Shown: positions 48,918-58,410, counted from the first letter of the stretch. The stretch is DNA of 64,000 nt from Chthoniobacteraceae bacterium (GCA_031409335.1 JANNWY010000304.1:38056-102055); one strand, 5' to 3'. Notes: a model not told the origin generated them from the letters alone. Numbers and translations are program-made.

Positions 48918-50420
48918 TCAGAGCATGAACCCGAGATCGGGCACGGCGAAGTTGCCGATGTTCGGAAAGACGGTGCTCATGTTGCCGGGGCTGACGCCGA
49001 ACCATTTGGCGAGCGTGGCGCTGTATTCATCGACGGCGATCTTTGGAATCCAGCGGCCTTCGCTGGAGGTCGGCACGGCATCGGGGCCGGTGACGTTGAG
49101 CACCGGGTAGGCTCCGAAGGTGCGCTGGCCGCGGACGGCTCCACCCATGACGATGTGGTGGCTGCCCCAGGCGTGGTCGCTGCCCTGGCCGTTCGTGCGG
49201 AAGGTGCGCCCGAAATCGCTCGCGGTGAAGGTGGTGACTTTTTGCGAAGAGCCGATTTGCTCCATCGCGCGCTGGAAGGCGAAGAGGGCTTCGCTGACTT
49301 CGTTGAGCAGATTCGTGTGCGAGCCGAGAACGCGGTCGGCTTCGGTCGCGCCGTTGTTTTGCACCTGCGTGGTGTGGGTATCGTAGCCACCAACGGAGCA
49401 GAAGAAAATCTGCCGCTTCATGTCGAGGCCGGGGCCGACGCTGGCCGGGAAGCCTGAGGATGGGCGCGGGCCGGCTTCGATGATGCGGGCGATCATTTTG
49501 AGCTGGTTGCCGAGGCCGGTATTCGGAAAGGGCGTGCTCCAGATGATCGGGGTGATGGGCAGCGCCGCGGCGGGATTGGTGTGGGCGATGGCGCTGTTCA
49601 GGAGGTCGCCGGTGGCGATGGCGTTTTTGGTGACGCCAGCAAAGGCATTGCGCTGCAAGTTCGAGTCGGCCACGGCGAGTATGTCCTGCATGGCTTGCAA
49701 GCGCGTGCCAGTGGCACCGGTCAAAGTGACGGCACCGCCGGTGGAGACGTGGTATTGCGCGAAGGTGTTGCCGACTTCATAGGTATTCGAGCCGGCGAGC
49801 GAAGTGCAAAGCGCGATCTTGGCGGAGTTTGCGGTGGGGATGCCGTTGAGGAGTTCCCATTGCAACGGGTGCAGGAGGTCGGCGAGGCGTCCGCCCCAGC
49901 CGCTCTTCGGCGGCTGGTCGGGCAGCGAGGTCTGCCAGTGGGTGACTTGATCGCTGTGGGAAAAAAGCTGCGGCGGTTTCGGCACGCTGCCGGCGGAGTA
50001 TTGGGCGCGCGTCATGGGATGGACGAGCGGGCCGGTGTTGAAGATGGTGGCGAGTTTGCCCTCGTGGAAAAGGGTGCTCAGTTCCGGCAAAGTCGGATGC
50101 AGGCCGTAGCTGTTGCCGTCGGAATTCAGCGAGGTGAGCGGCAGCAGCGAGGCCTGCGGGAGTGCGAGGTTTTGCCGGACGGAGGCGTAGTTCGCGTAGT
50201 CGTTGATCGGGATGATGAGGTTGTTGCTGTCATTCCCGCCGCTGAGGAAGACGCAGACGAGAGCCTTGTAGTCGGTCAGCACGTTTTGCGCGACGGCGGC
50301 ATTGATGAAGCGCAGATCGCGCAGGGTGGCGGCGATGCTGAGCGTGCCGACGGCGGCGCAGGCGGCCTGGCGGAAAAAGTCGCGGCGCGTGCGGAGGTTG
50401 GGGAAGTCCTGTGGATTCAT
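48918..50420 (-). CDS. DUF1501 protein with Tat signal (copy 2)
   Basis: TRRDFFRQ; same motifs as copy 1 and long identical peptide stretches. Confidence 0.9.
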   Translation of the reverse strand: MNPQDFPNLRTRRDFFRQAACAAVGTLSIAATLRDLRFINAAVAQNVLTDYKALVCVFLSGGNDSNNLIIPINDYANYASVRQNLALPQASLLPLTSLNSDGNSYGLHPTLPELSTLFHEGKLATIFNTGPLVHPMTRAQYSAGSVPKPPQLFSHSDQVTHWQTSLPDQPPKSGWGGRLADLLHPLQWELLNGIPTANSAKIALCTSLAGSNTYEVGNTFAQYHVSTGGAVTLTGATGTRLQAMQDILAVADSNLQRNAFAGVTKNAIATGDLLNSAIAHTNPAAALPITPIIWSTPFPNTGLGNQLKMIARIIEAGPRPSSGFPASVGPGLDMKRQIFFCSVGGYDTHTTQVQNNGATEADRVLGSHTNLLNEVSEALFAFQRAMEQIGSSQKVTTFTASDFGRTFRTNGQGSDHAWGSHHIVMGGAVRGQRTFGAYPVLNVTGPDAVPTSSEGRWIPKIAVDEYSATLAKWFGVSPGNMSTVFPNIGNFAVPDLGFML

Positions 50421-50426
50421 GGCGGT

Positions 50427-53400
50427 TTATTTCTGGATGGTGAAGTCCGGCGAGGTGATGAGCAGATGCAAGACGGAGCGCAATCGGTCGCGCGCGGCGG
50501 TGGGATTGAGCGCCGACAGGATGGTCGCGTTGGTCACATTGATGCCGGTGGTGTTGACGCAATTGATCCCAATGGTGAAACGATTCACGCTGCCGGGGGA
50601 GAGGGCGATGACTTGGAATGTGCTGTTGATCGAAGACGGCCCACCCCCGATTGCGGTGAAGTTGCCGCCGGTGACACCGCTGATCGTGACCGTGTCGCCC
50701 ACGCTGAAGCCGTGGTTGGTCACGCGGATTTCGCACGGGTTGCTCCCGCTGGTGAAGCTGACGACGGGCTGCGGCTGCGGCGCGAGCGTTTGCACGTAGT
50801 CCTTGATCGCCTGCTTGGCGTTCACGATGACGCGCGGATTGCCGTAGATGTTTGTGCCAGTGGAGGAGAGCTTGCCGGCCATCAGGCGCGTGTTCAGCTC
50901 GTCGATGAGGGCGTCCAAGTTACTCGTGTGCGTCCACGGCAGGCCGCCGGGGCCGTTGCCGAGCCACGGGCGCAGATCGAGCACAATGTCGCGGCCGCCG
51001 CCCTTGAAGCTGCTGAGGCCGATGGTGCCGAAGGCATCGTTGAAGAGGGCGCTGTAAAGCGTGTTCGCCTGCCGGATGACGCTCGTCTCCGAGGTCAGCT
51101 CAAACTCCGGCGTAATCAGCCCGGCATTGGCCAACAAACCGGGGAATTGATAGTCGGGCAGGAAGAAGTTGAAGACGGTTGGGGACTGCATCGGTGTCTG
51201 GTTCAGATCCGTGTTGGTCGTGTCCATGCCCCAGTCGCTGTAGGTCACCTCCATCGGGCCGCTGCGATTGGCAAACTCGGCGGCGCGGATGAGGTTCGCA
51301 TCGCCTGCGGTGCTGGCGACGAGGTCGCCCGGCGGCGTGGCAAAGATGGTGCCGTTGCGCGCGGCGGTTGGCGCGTCCGATGTGGTGACGGTGAAGCTGT
51401 TCAAGTTCGGCACGGTGTCGATCGTGTAGGTCGAAATGGCCGGGAGCGGCGTGCCGCTCACTGCTTCGAGATGGATTGTGCTGCCAGCCGTGTAGCCGTG
51501 GGCAGTGATGTTCACAGTCATTGTTGTGCTGCTGATGGGGCGCGAGTACGTGCCGCGTTTCGTCGTTGGGTTGGCGAAGATGACCGTGTATTCATCGCCC
51601 GACCGATACTCGACGGTATCGATGCCACCAACCGGGACGACGGGCGTGCCGGTGACGTATTCGATGTGAACACTGTCGCCCGCGGCGAACACGAAATCGT
51701 TCGTGGCGCTGTCCACATCGCGGAAGGTGGTGATGCCGTTGGCCTGCGTGTATTCGATGTCGCCCTCGAAGGATTTCACCCGCACGGTGAACGTGGTGGG
51801 CGTGACGGCAGGCGTCGAGCGCGTGTCGTAGTTCGCGTCCGCTGGCTGGCCGACGTCGCCCGCAGTGGAGGCGGCGAAATCGAGGAAGACCGACTGGCCG
51901 CTCCCGTAAAGGTGGTTCGCACCGGTGATGACATCGATCCGGCTCCCGACCTGCGTGTAGCTGCCGGAGATATTCGCTGGCGATGGCAAGGCGCGCGCCA
52001 CGCCGGTGACGCGGACGATCGGCTCACGCTGTTTTCCAAAGCCCTGCGCGACCGCCGCGACGCTGCTGCGCGCCTCGTAATCGAGCAGGATGGCTTTCAA
52101 TACGGCCTTCATGTCGCCGCGCACGCCGCTGCCGTTGTTTTCAAACTTCTGCACCACGCGATAGAGATAGCCGCGGCTCGGTGTGCCGGAGACGAAACGC
52201 TGGATGAGCTGGCGGCAGATGAACGGCGCGCAATTCAGATGCCGGAAGAGCTGCTCGTGCGCGACGTCGAGTTCCGCCGCAGGCAGCGCCTGGTAGGCGA
52301 CGGCGTTGATCTCCGTGGACGAGTGCGCCGCGTAAGGATCGAGCGCCAGACCAGTGGTCATCACCGCGAGGCCGGGCAGCACCACGTTGTTCAGCGTGCG
52401 TTTTTGACCCGTGAAATGGCGCGCGGGTCGCGGCGTCATCGGTAGCAGGTAGCTGCTGCCGCCGAACGTCGTCGGATATGGATTCACCGTCGCCGAGTTA
52501 AAGCCCCAGCCAGTGAAGACGTGTGCGAAGCCGATGATCGCATCCTGGTCGTAGGTCGGGACGAGTTCGCCTTTCGAGTTGAGGACGAGCGAGCCGTCGG
52601 GGTGCATCCGGTTCAGGCCGATCGAGAAAAGCTGCTTGATCTCGCGCGCATAGTTTTCATTGGGAATGCGCCCGGTGGCAAGGTCCGGCTTGTCGTTGTT
52701 CAGCATATCCAGATAGCGGCCCATCGCCGGATGCAGCGTGGTGTCCACGAGCAGCGTCTTGAAGTTGCTGAAGGCATTTGCCAGCAGCATGTCATAGTAG
52801 TCCGAGAGCGCGTCGGCGCGGTCGTCGAGGGGGCCGGCCTCGGAAGTGACGAGGATTTCGCTGAGCGCGAAAGCGAGGCGCTGGCGGAGTTGATCGGGCG
52901 CTTGCACCGAGTTTTTCCACCACGAATTGAAGAGCAGGGCACCGGTGTAAGTCGGGCCTCCGGGGTTGGTCTGGTTCCGATTGGCAAAGACGTACGGATA
53001 AAGATTCGTCGTGCCGCCGTTGTTGATCTGATCGTCGATCCAGCCTTCGAAGCCGAGCGACTGCACTTTATCAATGTCGTCGGGGTTGGCATTCGCGGGC
53101 GCGGTGTCCGCGCCGCTCACGCCGAAGGTCGCCTGCACGAGGAAACGTGCCGCGCCGTTGCGATTGAGACGGCTGTCCGGATTCCCCGCGCTCTCCGGAT
53201 CGGTCCACGTCTGCGGAGCCGGTGGCGTGAAGGTCTGCGACGCCGCGGCGAGGCGGAAGTTGCCGCGGATTTCACCGCTCGGGTAGGAGGCCGTGTGGAT
53301 ATTGATGTAGGCCGCGCCGGATTTGATGGCGGTGATGATATTGGCGTACGAAATCGTGCCGGTGGCCACGATGTCCCAGGAGTAACTGCCATCCTGATTC

Positions 53401-55808
53401 GGCGACGCCGCATCGATGTCGAAGATGATGTTACTCGTCAGCGGATAGCCGTCCGCGTGGATGTGCTGGTTGGTCACGCCCGTGGTCAGGTTCGCGTAGT
53501 TGTATTTCAGCGTCGCGGTGCTCTCATCCGCGCTGAGCGTCAGTGTGGCCGAGCCGTAGCCGTTCGTGATCGCCGCGCCCTGCGCGCTCATCGTCGTGAC
53601 GTAGAGCGCACTCTCGCCGATGGTCGCCGTCGGCGGCACGTAGGGCGAAAGCACGAAACCAGGCAGCACTACGTTCGTCCCCGAGACTGGCACAAACGCG
53701 CCAGGATTGATCCCACCCTGGCCTGGCTGCATCCAGCCCACGCTCACGTGATCGCTGCCGACGCCCGCCTTGTGCCGCACTTCCAAATAATACTGCCGCC
53801 CTGCGTAGAGCTGGAGCAGGGGAGACTTGCCCGCGTTCACGCTCGTCCAGTCGCGGAAGGTGGTCGCGGTCGTGACTTCGGCGCGCTTAAAGGCATTCAC
53901 CGGCTCATCGTCGTCGCTGATGTAAAGCTCCGCCGCGTTCGAGGCAGTAAGGTAAAATTTATACACGCCCGAGACTGGCGCAGTAATGTAGCCGCGGATG
54001 CGCGCGCCGTAATTGTCCGGCACGCCCGCGTTCGCCGGCGTTTCCAGCAAAGTGATCGTGCCCGTGCTCGTCGGCGCGGTCGTCAGCGGAATGTCGCTGA
54101 CCAAACTGCCCACCACCGGACTCCACACATCGCGCGTGATTCCGCCGCCCGTCGCCAGCACGGTGACGTGGAGCAAAGCAGAGCCAGTCCCGTTCGCATT
54201 CGTCGCGTTGATCGTCACGTCCCACACGCCTGCCGTATTCGCCGGGCCGCTGATGACGCCAGTGGTCGTGTCGATCGCCCAGCTAGGCGGCAAATTCGCA
54301 GCGGAGTAGCCGGTCGGCTCGCCGCTGGCGGTGATCTGGTAGTTCGCCGCCGGCCCGTCTTTCAGCAGCAAAAGATCGAGCGAACCGAGGATGATCGGTG
54401 CCGCCGCGGCGAATAGCCGGTTTTGCGGAATGACCTGATCGGCTTGATTCGCGCTCGACCACCGCAGTTGGACGCTCGCCGGGCCGGAGCGCGCCATGTA
54501 TTCGAAAACCAGCGGATAGAGCTTGCCCGCTTGCAGATCAATCGTGCCCCGGAGTCCGGGAGAGGTCGTGTCTGCGGTCGCCGAGCTGCTAAATTGGCTG
54601 AAGATTTGCTGCCCATTTACCGTCAGCCGGACACCACGGTCGTAGAGCGCCTCGAACGTATAAACCTGCGAAAACTCCGGCATCACATTCGCCGTGTAGC
54701 GCGCCACGAAATAATCCGAATTCACCCCCGCGCCAGGCGTCGTCGGATCGGGCCACGAATTATCGACCTGCGCTTCGGTCCGCGAAAGCACCGGCGAGCC
54801 CGAGAACGTCGGGTTGGTCACCGAAGTGTTATTCCAATACCGCGCAAACACGCCATTTCCCGTCGGTCCGCTGCGATCCTCGATGAGCAGCCCCGCCTGA
54901 CTCGGCCCACCGATCGTGTAAGCCGCGTTTGCCATCAAATTCATCACCACCGCCTCGGGCGACTCCGCCGCCGCATCTTCGAGCGGCACCACCGTCACCG
55001 TCACCGACTGCACGCCCAGCCCCATCGCCACGCTCCCGCTCAGGGCCGTGTAGTCGCTCCCCGCCGTCGCTGCACTGCCGGTGGTATTGTAAAAGACCGT
55101 CATCGCCTTAAAGCCACCCGAGCGCGAAATCACGAACGCCCCTGTATCCGTCGCGGCACCGCCATTCGCTGGCTCGGTCGCCGAGTTGTCGATGCTGCCG
55201 ACGCTCACCACGCTCGTCTGCGTCAGCCCTGCGGTGATCGTCGCGAGGTCGTTGGTGCTGCCGAGGCCGTTCGAGTGCGAATTGAACGGATCAAAGCCAA
55301 CCTGGATCTCCTCCCAATCGCTCACCCCATCGCCATCGCTGTCGATGTCCTGCACCCGCACCCGGTAGAAAAGTGAGGTCGCGCTACCCGCGCTATTCGT
55401 CGCCGTCAAGCTGCCCGTTTCGTTGGGCGAGAGCGGCAAACCGAGGTCCGTCCACGTCGGGCTCACGAGCGATACCGCCGTCTGAAGTTGATACCGTTTT
55501 CCCTGCTCGGTCGGGAAAGCCACATGCACTCCATAGATATCCACCGTCACGCTGGTGATCTTGATCACCGACCCCGGCTGCGTGGGATTCGTGCCCGCGG
55601 CAGCTTCCGCGCTATTCTTCTGGCCATCGCCATCCGTGTCGGCAGTGGGCGAAAGTGCGCCCGCTCCGTAACGCAGCGCCCAAATATCCGGGATGCCATC
55701 GGCAGGACTGACATCGAGCGCCGCATGGGTGGACGACGGAGCCAGTGAGAATGTGAGCGCCGCGACGAAAGTCGAGACGCGCGCAAGGATCGAGCGCAAT
55801 GGATTCAT
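50427..55808 (-). CDS. Giant DUF1800 protein (copy 2), same architecture as copy 1
   Basis: DQLRQRLAFALSEI, PNENYAREIKQLFSIG; PA14 x2, CHRD, Calx-beta; start chosen at MNPLRS by alignment with copy 1. Confidence 0.88.
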   Translation of the reverse strand: MNPLRSILARVSTFVAALTFSLAPSSTHAALDVSPADGIPDIWALRYGAGALSPTADTDGDGQKNSAEAAAGTNPTQPGSVIKITSVTVDIYGVHVAFPTEQGKRYQLQTAVSLVSPTWTDLGLPLSPNETGSLTATNSAGSATSLFYRVRVQDIDSDGDGVSDWEEIQVGFDPFNSHSNGLGSTNDLATITAGLTQTSVVSVGSIDNSATEPANGGAATDTGAFVISRSGGFKAMTVFYNTTGSAATAGSDYTALSGSVAMGLGVQSVTVTVVPLEDAAAESPEAVVMNLMANAAYTIGGPSQAGLLIEDRSGPTGNGVFARYWNNTSVTNPTFSGSPVLSRTEAQVDNSWPDPTTPGAGVNSDYFVARYTANVMPEFSQVYTFEALYDRGVRLTVNGQQIFSQFSSSATADTTSPGLRGTIDLQAGKLYPLVFEYMARSGPASVQLRWSSANQADQVIPQNRLFAAAAPIILGSLDLLLLKDGPAANYQITASGEPTGYSAANLPPSWAIDTTTGVISGPANTAGVWDVTINATNANGTGSALLHVTVLATGGGITRDVWSPVVGSLVSDIPLTTAPTSTGTITLLETPANAGVPDNYGARIRGYITAPVSGVYKFYLTASNAAELYISDDDEPVNAFKRAEVTTATTFRDWTSVNAGKSPLLQLYAGRQYYLEVRHKAGVGSDHVSVGWMQPGQGGINPGAFVPVSGTNVVLPGFVLSPYVPPTATIGESALYVTTMSAQGAAITNGYGSATLTLSADESTATLKYNYANLTTGVTNQHIHADGYPLTSNIIFDIDAASPNQDGSYSWDIVATGTISYANIITAIKSGAAYINIHTASYPSGEIRGNFRLAAASQTFTPPAPQTWTDPESAGNPDSRLNRNGAARFLVQATFGVSGADTAPANANPDDIDKVQSLGFEGWIDDQINNGGTTNLYPYVFANRNQTNPGGPTYTGALLFNSWWKNSVQAPDQLRQRLAFALSEILVTSEAGPLDDRADALSDYYDMLLANAFSNFKTLLVDTTLHPAMGRYLDMLNNDKPDLATGRIPNENYAREIKQLFSIGLNRMHPDGSLVLNSKGELVPTYDQDAIIGFAHVFTGWGFNSATVNPYPTTFGGSSYLLPMTPRPARHFTGQKRTLNNVVLPGLAVMTTGLALDPYAAHSSTEINAVAYQALPAAELDVAHEQLFRHLNCAPFICRQLIQRFVSGTPSRGYLYRVVQKFENNGSGVRGDMKAVLKAILLDYEARSSVAAVAQGFGKQREPIVRVTGVARALPSPANISGSYTQVGSRIDVITGANHLYGSGQSVFLDFAASTAGDVGQPADANYDTRSTPAVTPTTFTVRVKSFEGDIEYTQANGITTFRDVDSATNDFVFAAGDSVHIEYVTGTPVVPVGGIDTVEYRSGDEYTVIFANPTTKRGTYSRPISSTTMTVNITAHGYTAGSTIHLEAVSGTPLPAISTYTIDTVPNLNSFTVTTSDAPTAARNGTIFATPPGDLVASTAGDANLIRAAEFANRSGPMEVTYSDWGMDTTNTDLNQTPMQSPTVFNFFLPDYQFPGLLANAGLITPEFELTSETSVIRQANTLYSALFNDAFGTIGLSSFKGGGRDIVLDLRPWLGNGPGGLPWTHTSNLDALIDELNTRLMAGKLSSTGTNIYGNPRVIVNAKQAIKDYVQTLAPQPQPVVSFTSGSNPCEIRVTNHGFSVGDTVTISGVTGGNFTAIGGGPSSINSTFQVIALSPGSVNRFTIGINCVNTTGINVTNATILSALNPTAARDRLRSVLHLLITSPDFTIQK

Positions 55809-55868
55809 GGAAGTCAGGGGTTTTTCCAGCCGCATTGATCGCAAGCGTGAGAAAAATGCGTCCGGGGT

Positions 55869-55887
55869 TGTAGGACTTTCACCGTCA
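55869..55887. promoter_or_regulatory. Candidate regulator-binding near-palindrome, copy 4
   Basis: TGTAGG-ACTTTCA-CCGTCA, 61 bp upstream of the DUF1800 copy 2 start. Confidence 0.55.
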
Positions 55888-56006
55888 ACGATGAAAGACG
55901 GTGATATGGTTGCACTCTCGTTCTCTCTTGGCAATTCCTATTGTGTGAATTCTTGCATCCCTCGAAAAAATCCGCCGCCCGCGACCAAAAAATCGCGGGT
56001 GATTGA

Positions 56007-56270
56007 CTACTCCGCTTGCCGGTTTGCCACCACGTAGTCGTGGATCGAACTCACCGTCGCCAGCGCCGCGCGTGCCGTCTCGGAATTCGGCACCGTCACC
56101 CCATACTTCTTCTCCAGCGACACCACGATCTCCAGCGCATCAATCGAATCCAGCCCCAGCCCGTTCGCGCCAAACAGCGGAAGATCGTCCGCGATCTCCT
56201 CCTTCGGCACTTTCAGCATCAGATTTTCGACCATCATTTCCTTGATCTCTTCACGCAGGTCTTCAGGCAT
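56007..56270 (-). CDS. Acyl carrier protein (non-canonical type)
   Basis: LFGANGLGLDSIDALEIVV phosphopantetheine motif; acidic, 87 aa. Confidence 0.9.
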   Translation of the reverse strand: MPEDLREEIKEMMVENLMLKVPKEEIADDLPLFGANGLGLDSIDALEIVVSLEKKYGVTVPNSETARAALATVSSIHDYVVANRQAE

Positions 56271-56369
56271 TTGGAATTTATCGAATCGGGATTGCAGTGA
56301 GCGGTTTGAAGCGTGTTCAAATGCGCGCACTCCCGCCATTCCGCAACTCGAATTCTCGCCACACCACCC

Positions 56370-57107
56370 ATGAAATCACGGCTCGATCTGCTCCTCGTCT
56401 CGCGCGGACTTTGCGCCAGCCGCGAGAAGGCCCAGCGCGCCATCATGGCCGGCGAAGTCACCGTCGGCGAATCCCGCGTGGACAAGCCAGGAACGAAAGT
56501 CGCCGATGACGCGATCATTTCCCTAAAACCCCCGCCACGCTACGTCGGCCGCGGCGGCTTCAAGCTCGAAGCCGCCCTCGCTGCCTTCGCCATTGCCCCC
56601 ACCGGCATGTGCTGCCTCGACATCGGCGCCAGCACCGGCGGCTTCACCGACTGCCTTCTCCAGCACGGCGCCGCGAAAGTGTGGGCCATTGATGTCGGCC
56701 ACTCGCAGCTCGACTGGAAAATCCGCAGCGACCCGCGCGTCATCGTCCGCGAAAAGCTCAACGCCCGCCATCTCACCCGCGACGACATCCCCGATCCCAT
56801 CGACCTCTGCGTCATCGACGTCTCCTTCATCTCGCTGACTTTGATCTTGCCGCCCGCCTTCGAGTTGCTAAGTCCGTCAGGCGTGATCGTGCCGCTGATC
56901 AAGCCACAGTTTGAACTCCGCCGCGAGGACGTCGGCAGCGGCGGCGTCGTGCGCGATCCCACTCTCCACCAGCGCGCGGTGGAAAAGATCCGCGCTTTTG
57001 TGAACACCCAGCCGCGCCTCGCTTGGCGAGGTTTCATCGAGTCGCCGATCCTCGGCGGCGAAGGCAACAAAGAGTTTCTCGCATGTCTCAATTCCGCCTC
57101 GGCCTGA
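56370..57107 (+). CDS. tlyA: TlyA-family RNA methyltransferase
   Basis: RLDLLLV (S4), YVGRGGFKL, LDIGASTGGFTDCLLQ, DVSFISL, LIKPQFE, GNKEFL. Confidence 0.93.
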   Translation: MKSRLDLLLVSRGLCASREKAQRAIMAGEVTVGESRVDKPGTKVADDAIISLKPPPRYVGRGGFKLEAALAAFAIAPTGMCCLDIGASTGGFTDCLLQHGAAKVWAIDVGHSQLDWKIRSDPRVIVREKLNARHLTRDDIPDPIDLCVIDVSFISLTLILPPAFELLSPSGVIVPLIKPQFELRREDVGSGGVVRDPTLHQRAVEKIRAFVNTQPRLAWRGFIESPILGGEGNKEFLACLNSASA

Positions 57108-57949
57108 TCGCCAACGACTCGAAGCCCGGTGCCGCCGAACTCGCCCGCGACATCCAGCTCGCCTTCCATCGCCACGGCATCGAGCCGATGCTCGACGCGC
57201 GCACCGCCGAACTCATCGGCGCGGACACCGCCAGCACATCCGGCGCGCTCTCCCGCGAATGCGATCTGCTCGTCGTTCTCGGCGGCGACGGCACCATTCT
57301 CCAGGCCGTGCATGAACTCGAACAGAGCACGCCGCCCATGTTCGGCATCAATCTCGGCTCGCTCGGCTTTCTCACCACCGTCAGCGCTGGCCGCTGGATC
57401 GATGCCGTGGACGCGATCATCAATCGCAACTTCATCCTCAGTGAACGCACCCTCCTCTCCGTCGAAGTCTGCCGCGATGGCAAATGCGAACCCGCCCGAC
57501 ACGCCCTCAATGACGCCGTCATCAGCCGTGGCGAACTCTCCCGCCTCATCCGCCTCGATGTCCACATCGACGGCGAGTTTCTCACCGAATACAACGCCGA
57601 CGGCCTCATCGTCGCCACACCCACTGGCTCCACTGCCTACTCCCTCAGCGCCGGCGGCCCCGTCCTCACCCCCGACAGCGGCGTATTTGTCGTCACGCCC
57701 ATCTGCCCCCACGTCCTCACCCTGCGCCCCGTCATGGTCAGCGATCAGTCATTCGTCGAAATTAGCCACAACCACACCGTCACCGACATCTTCCTCACCC
57801 TCGACGGCCAAAATTCCGAACGCATCGGCCCCGGCGATTCCATCCGAATCCGCAAAGCCGCCCACCGGCTCGCCCTCGCCATGCTCCCCGGCATGTCCTT
57901 CTTTGAAGTCCTCCGCCAAAAGCTAAAGTGGAGTGGCACCGCCGTATGA
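57083..57949 (+). CDS. nadK: NAD(+) kinase
   Basis: LGGDGT, GINLGSLGFL, ALND, DGLIVATPTGSTAYSLSAGGP. Confidence 0.95.
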   Translation: MSQFRLGLIANDSKPGAAELARDIQLAFHRHGIEPMLDARTAELIGADTASTSGALSRECDLLVVLGGDGTILQAVHELEQSTPPMFGINLGSLGFLTTVSAGRWIDAVDAIINRNFILSERTLLSVEVCRDGKCEPARHALNDAVISRGELSRLIRLDVHIDGEFLTEYNADGLIVATPTGSTAYSLSAGGPVLTPDSGVFVVTPICPHVLTLRPVMVSDQSFVEISHNHTVTDIFLTLDGQNSERIGPGDSIRIRKAAHRLALAMLPGMSFFEVLRQKLKWSGTAV

Positions 57950-58410
57950 CCACCTTCGCCGACCTACTCCAGCCCGAGCACATCGCCCTCCACCCCAAAG
58001 CGCGCAGTCGCGACGCAGCCATTCGGGAAATCGCGAGCCTTTTGGATGACAGCGTGCAGGTGCTCGATGGCGAAGAGCTGGTTCGAAAAGTAAACGCCTC
58101 CGCACCATGCGTCATGGAGCAGGGCGCCGATTTCTGCGTCTGCTTCCCCCACGCCCGCACCCCAGCCGTCACTGCGATGGTCATCAGCGTCGGCCGCTTC
58201 GACCGCGGGCTCACCATCGCCGGCGTGGACCAGCCCGTGCGCTACATCTTCTGCATCGCCGTCCCGCCCGAGATGGCCACGGACTATCTCCGCATCATCG
58301 GCCTCATCGCCCGCATCACCAAAGATCCCCGCTCCGAGCAGCAGATCTTCTCCACCGAAACGCCCGAGGAATTCATCGCGACGATGGTGAAGCTGGAAGC
58401 GAAGCTGTAA
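57946..58410 (+). CDS. PTS EIIA(Ntr/Fru)-domain protein
   Basis: CFPHART phospho-His motif; YLRIIGLIAR; ATGA overlap with nadK. Confidence 0.8.
   Translation: MTTFADLLQPEHIALHPKARSRDAAIREIASLLDDSVQVLDGEELVRKVNASAPCVMEQGADFCVCFPHARTPAVTAMVISVGRFDRGLTIAGVDQPVRYIFCIAVPPEMATDYLRIIGLIARITKDPRSEQQIFSTETPEEFIATMVKLEAKL

Noticed and set aside
56370..57107. TlyA as a hemolysin/virulence factor
   Set aside because: The tlyA-nadK context and S4 + methyltransferase motifs fit a housekeeping rRNA methyltransferase
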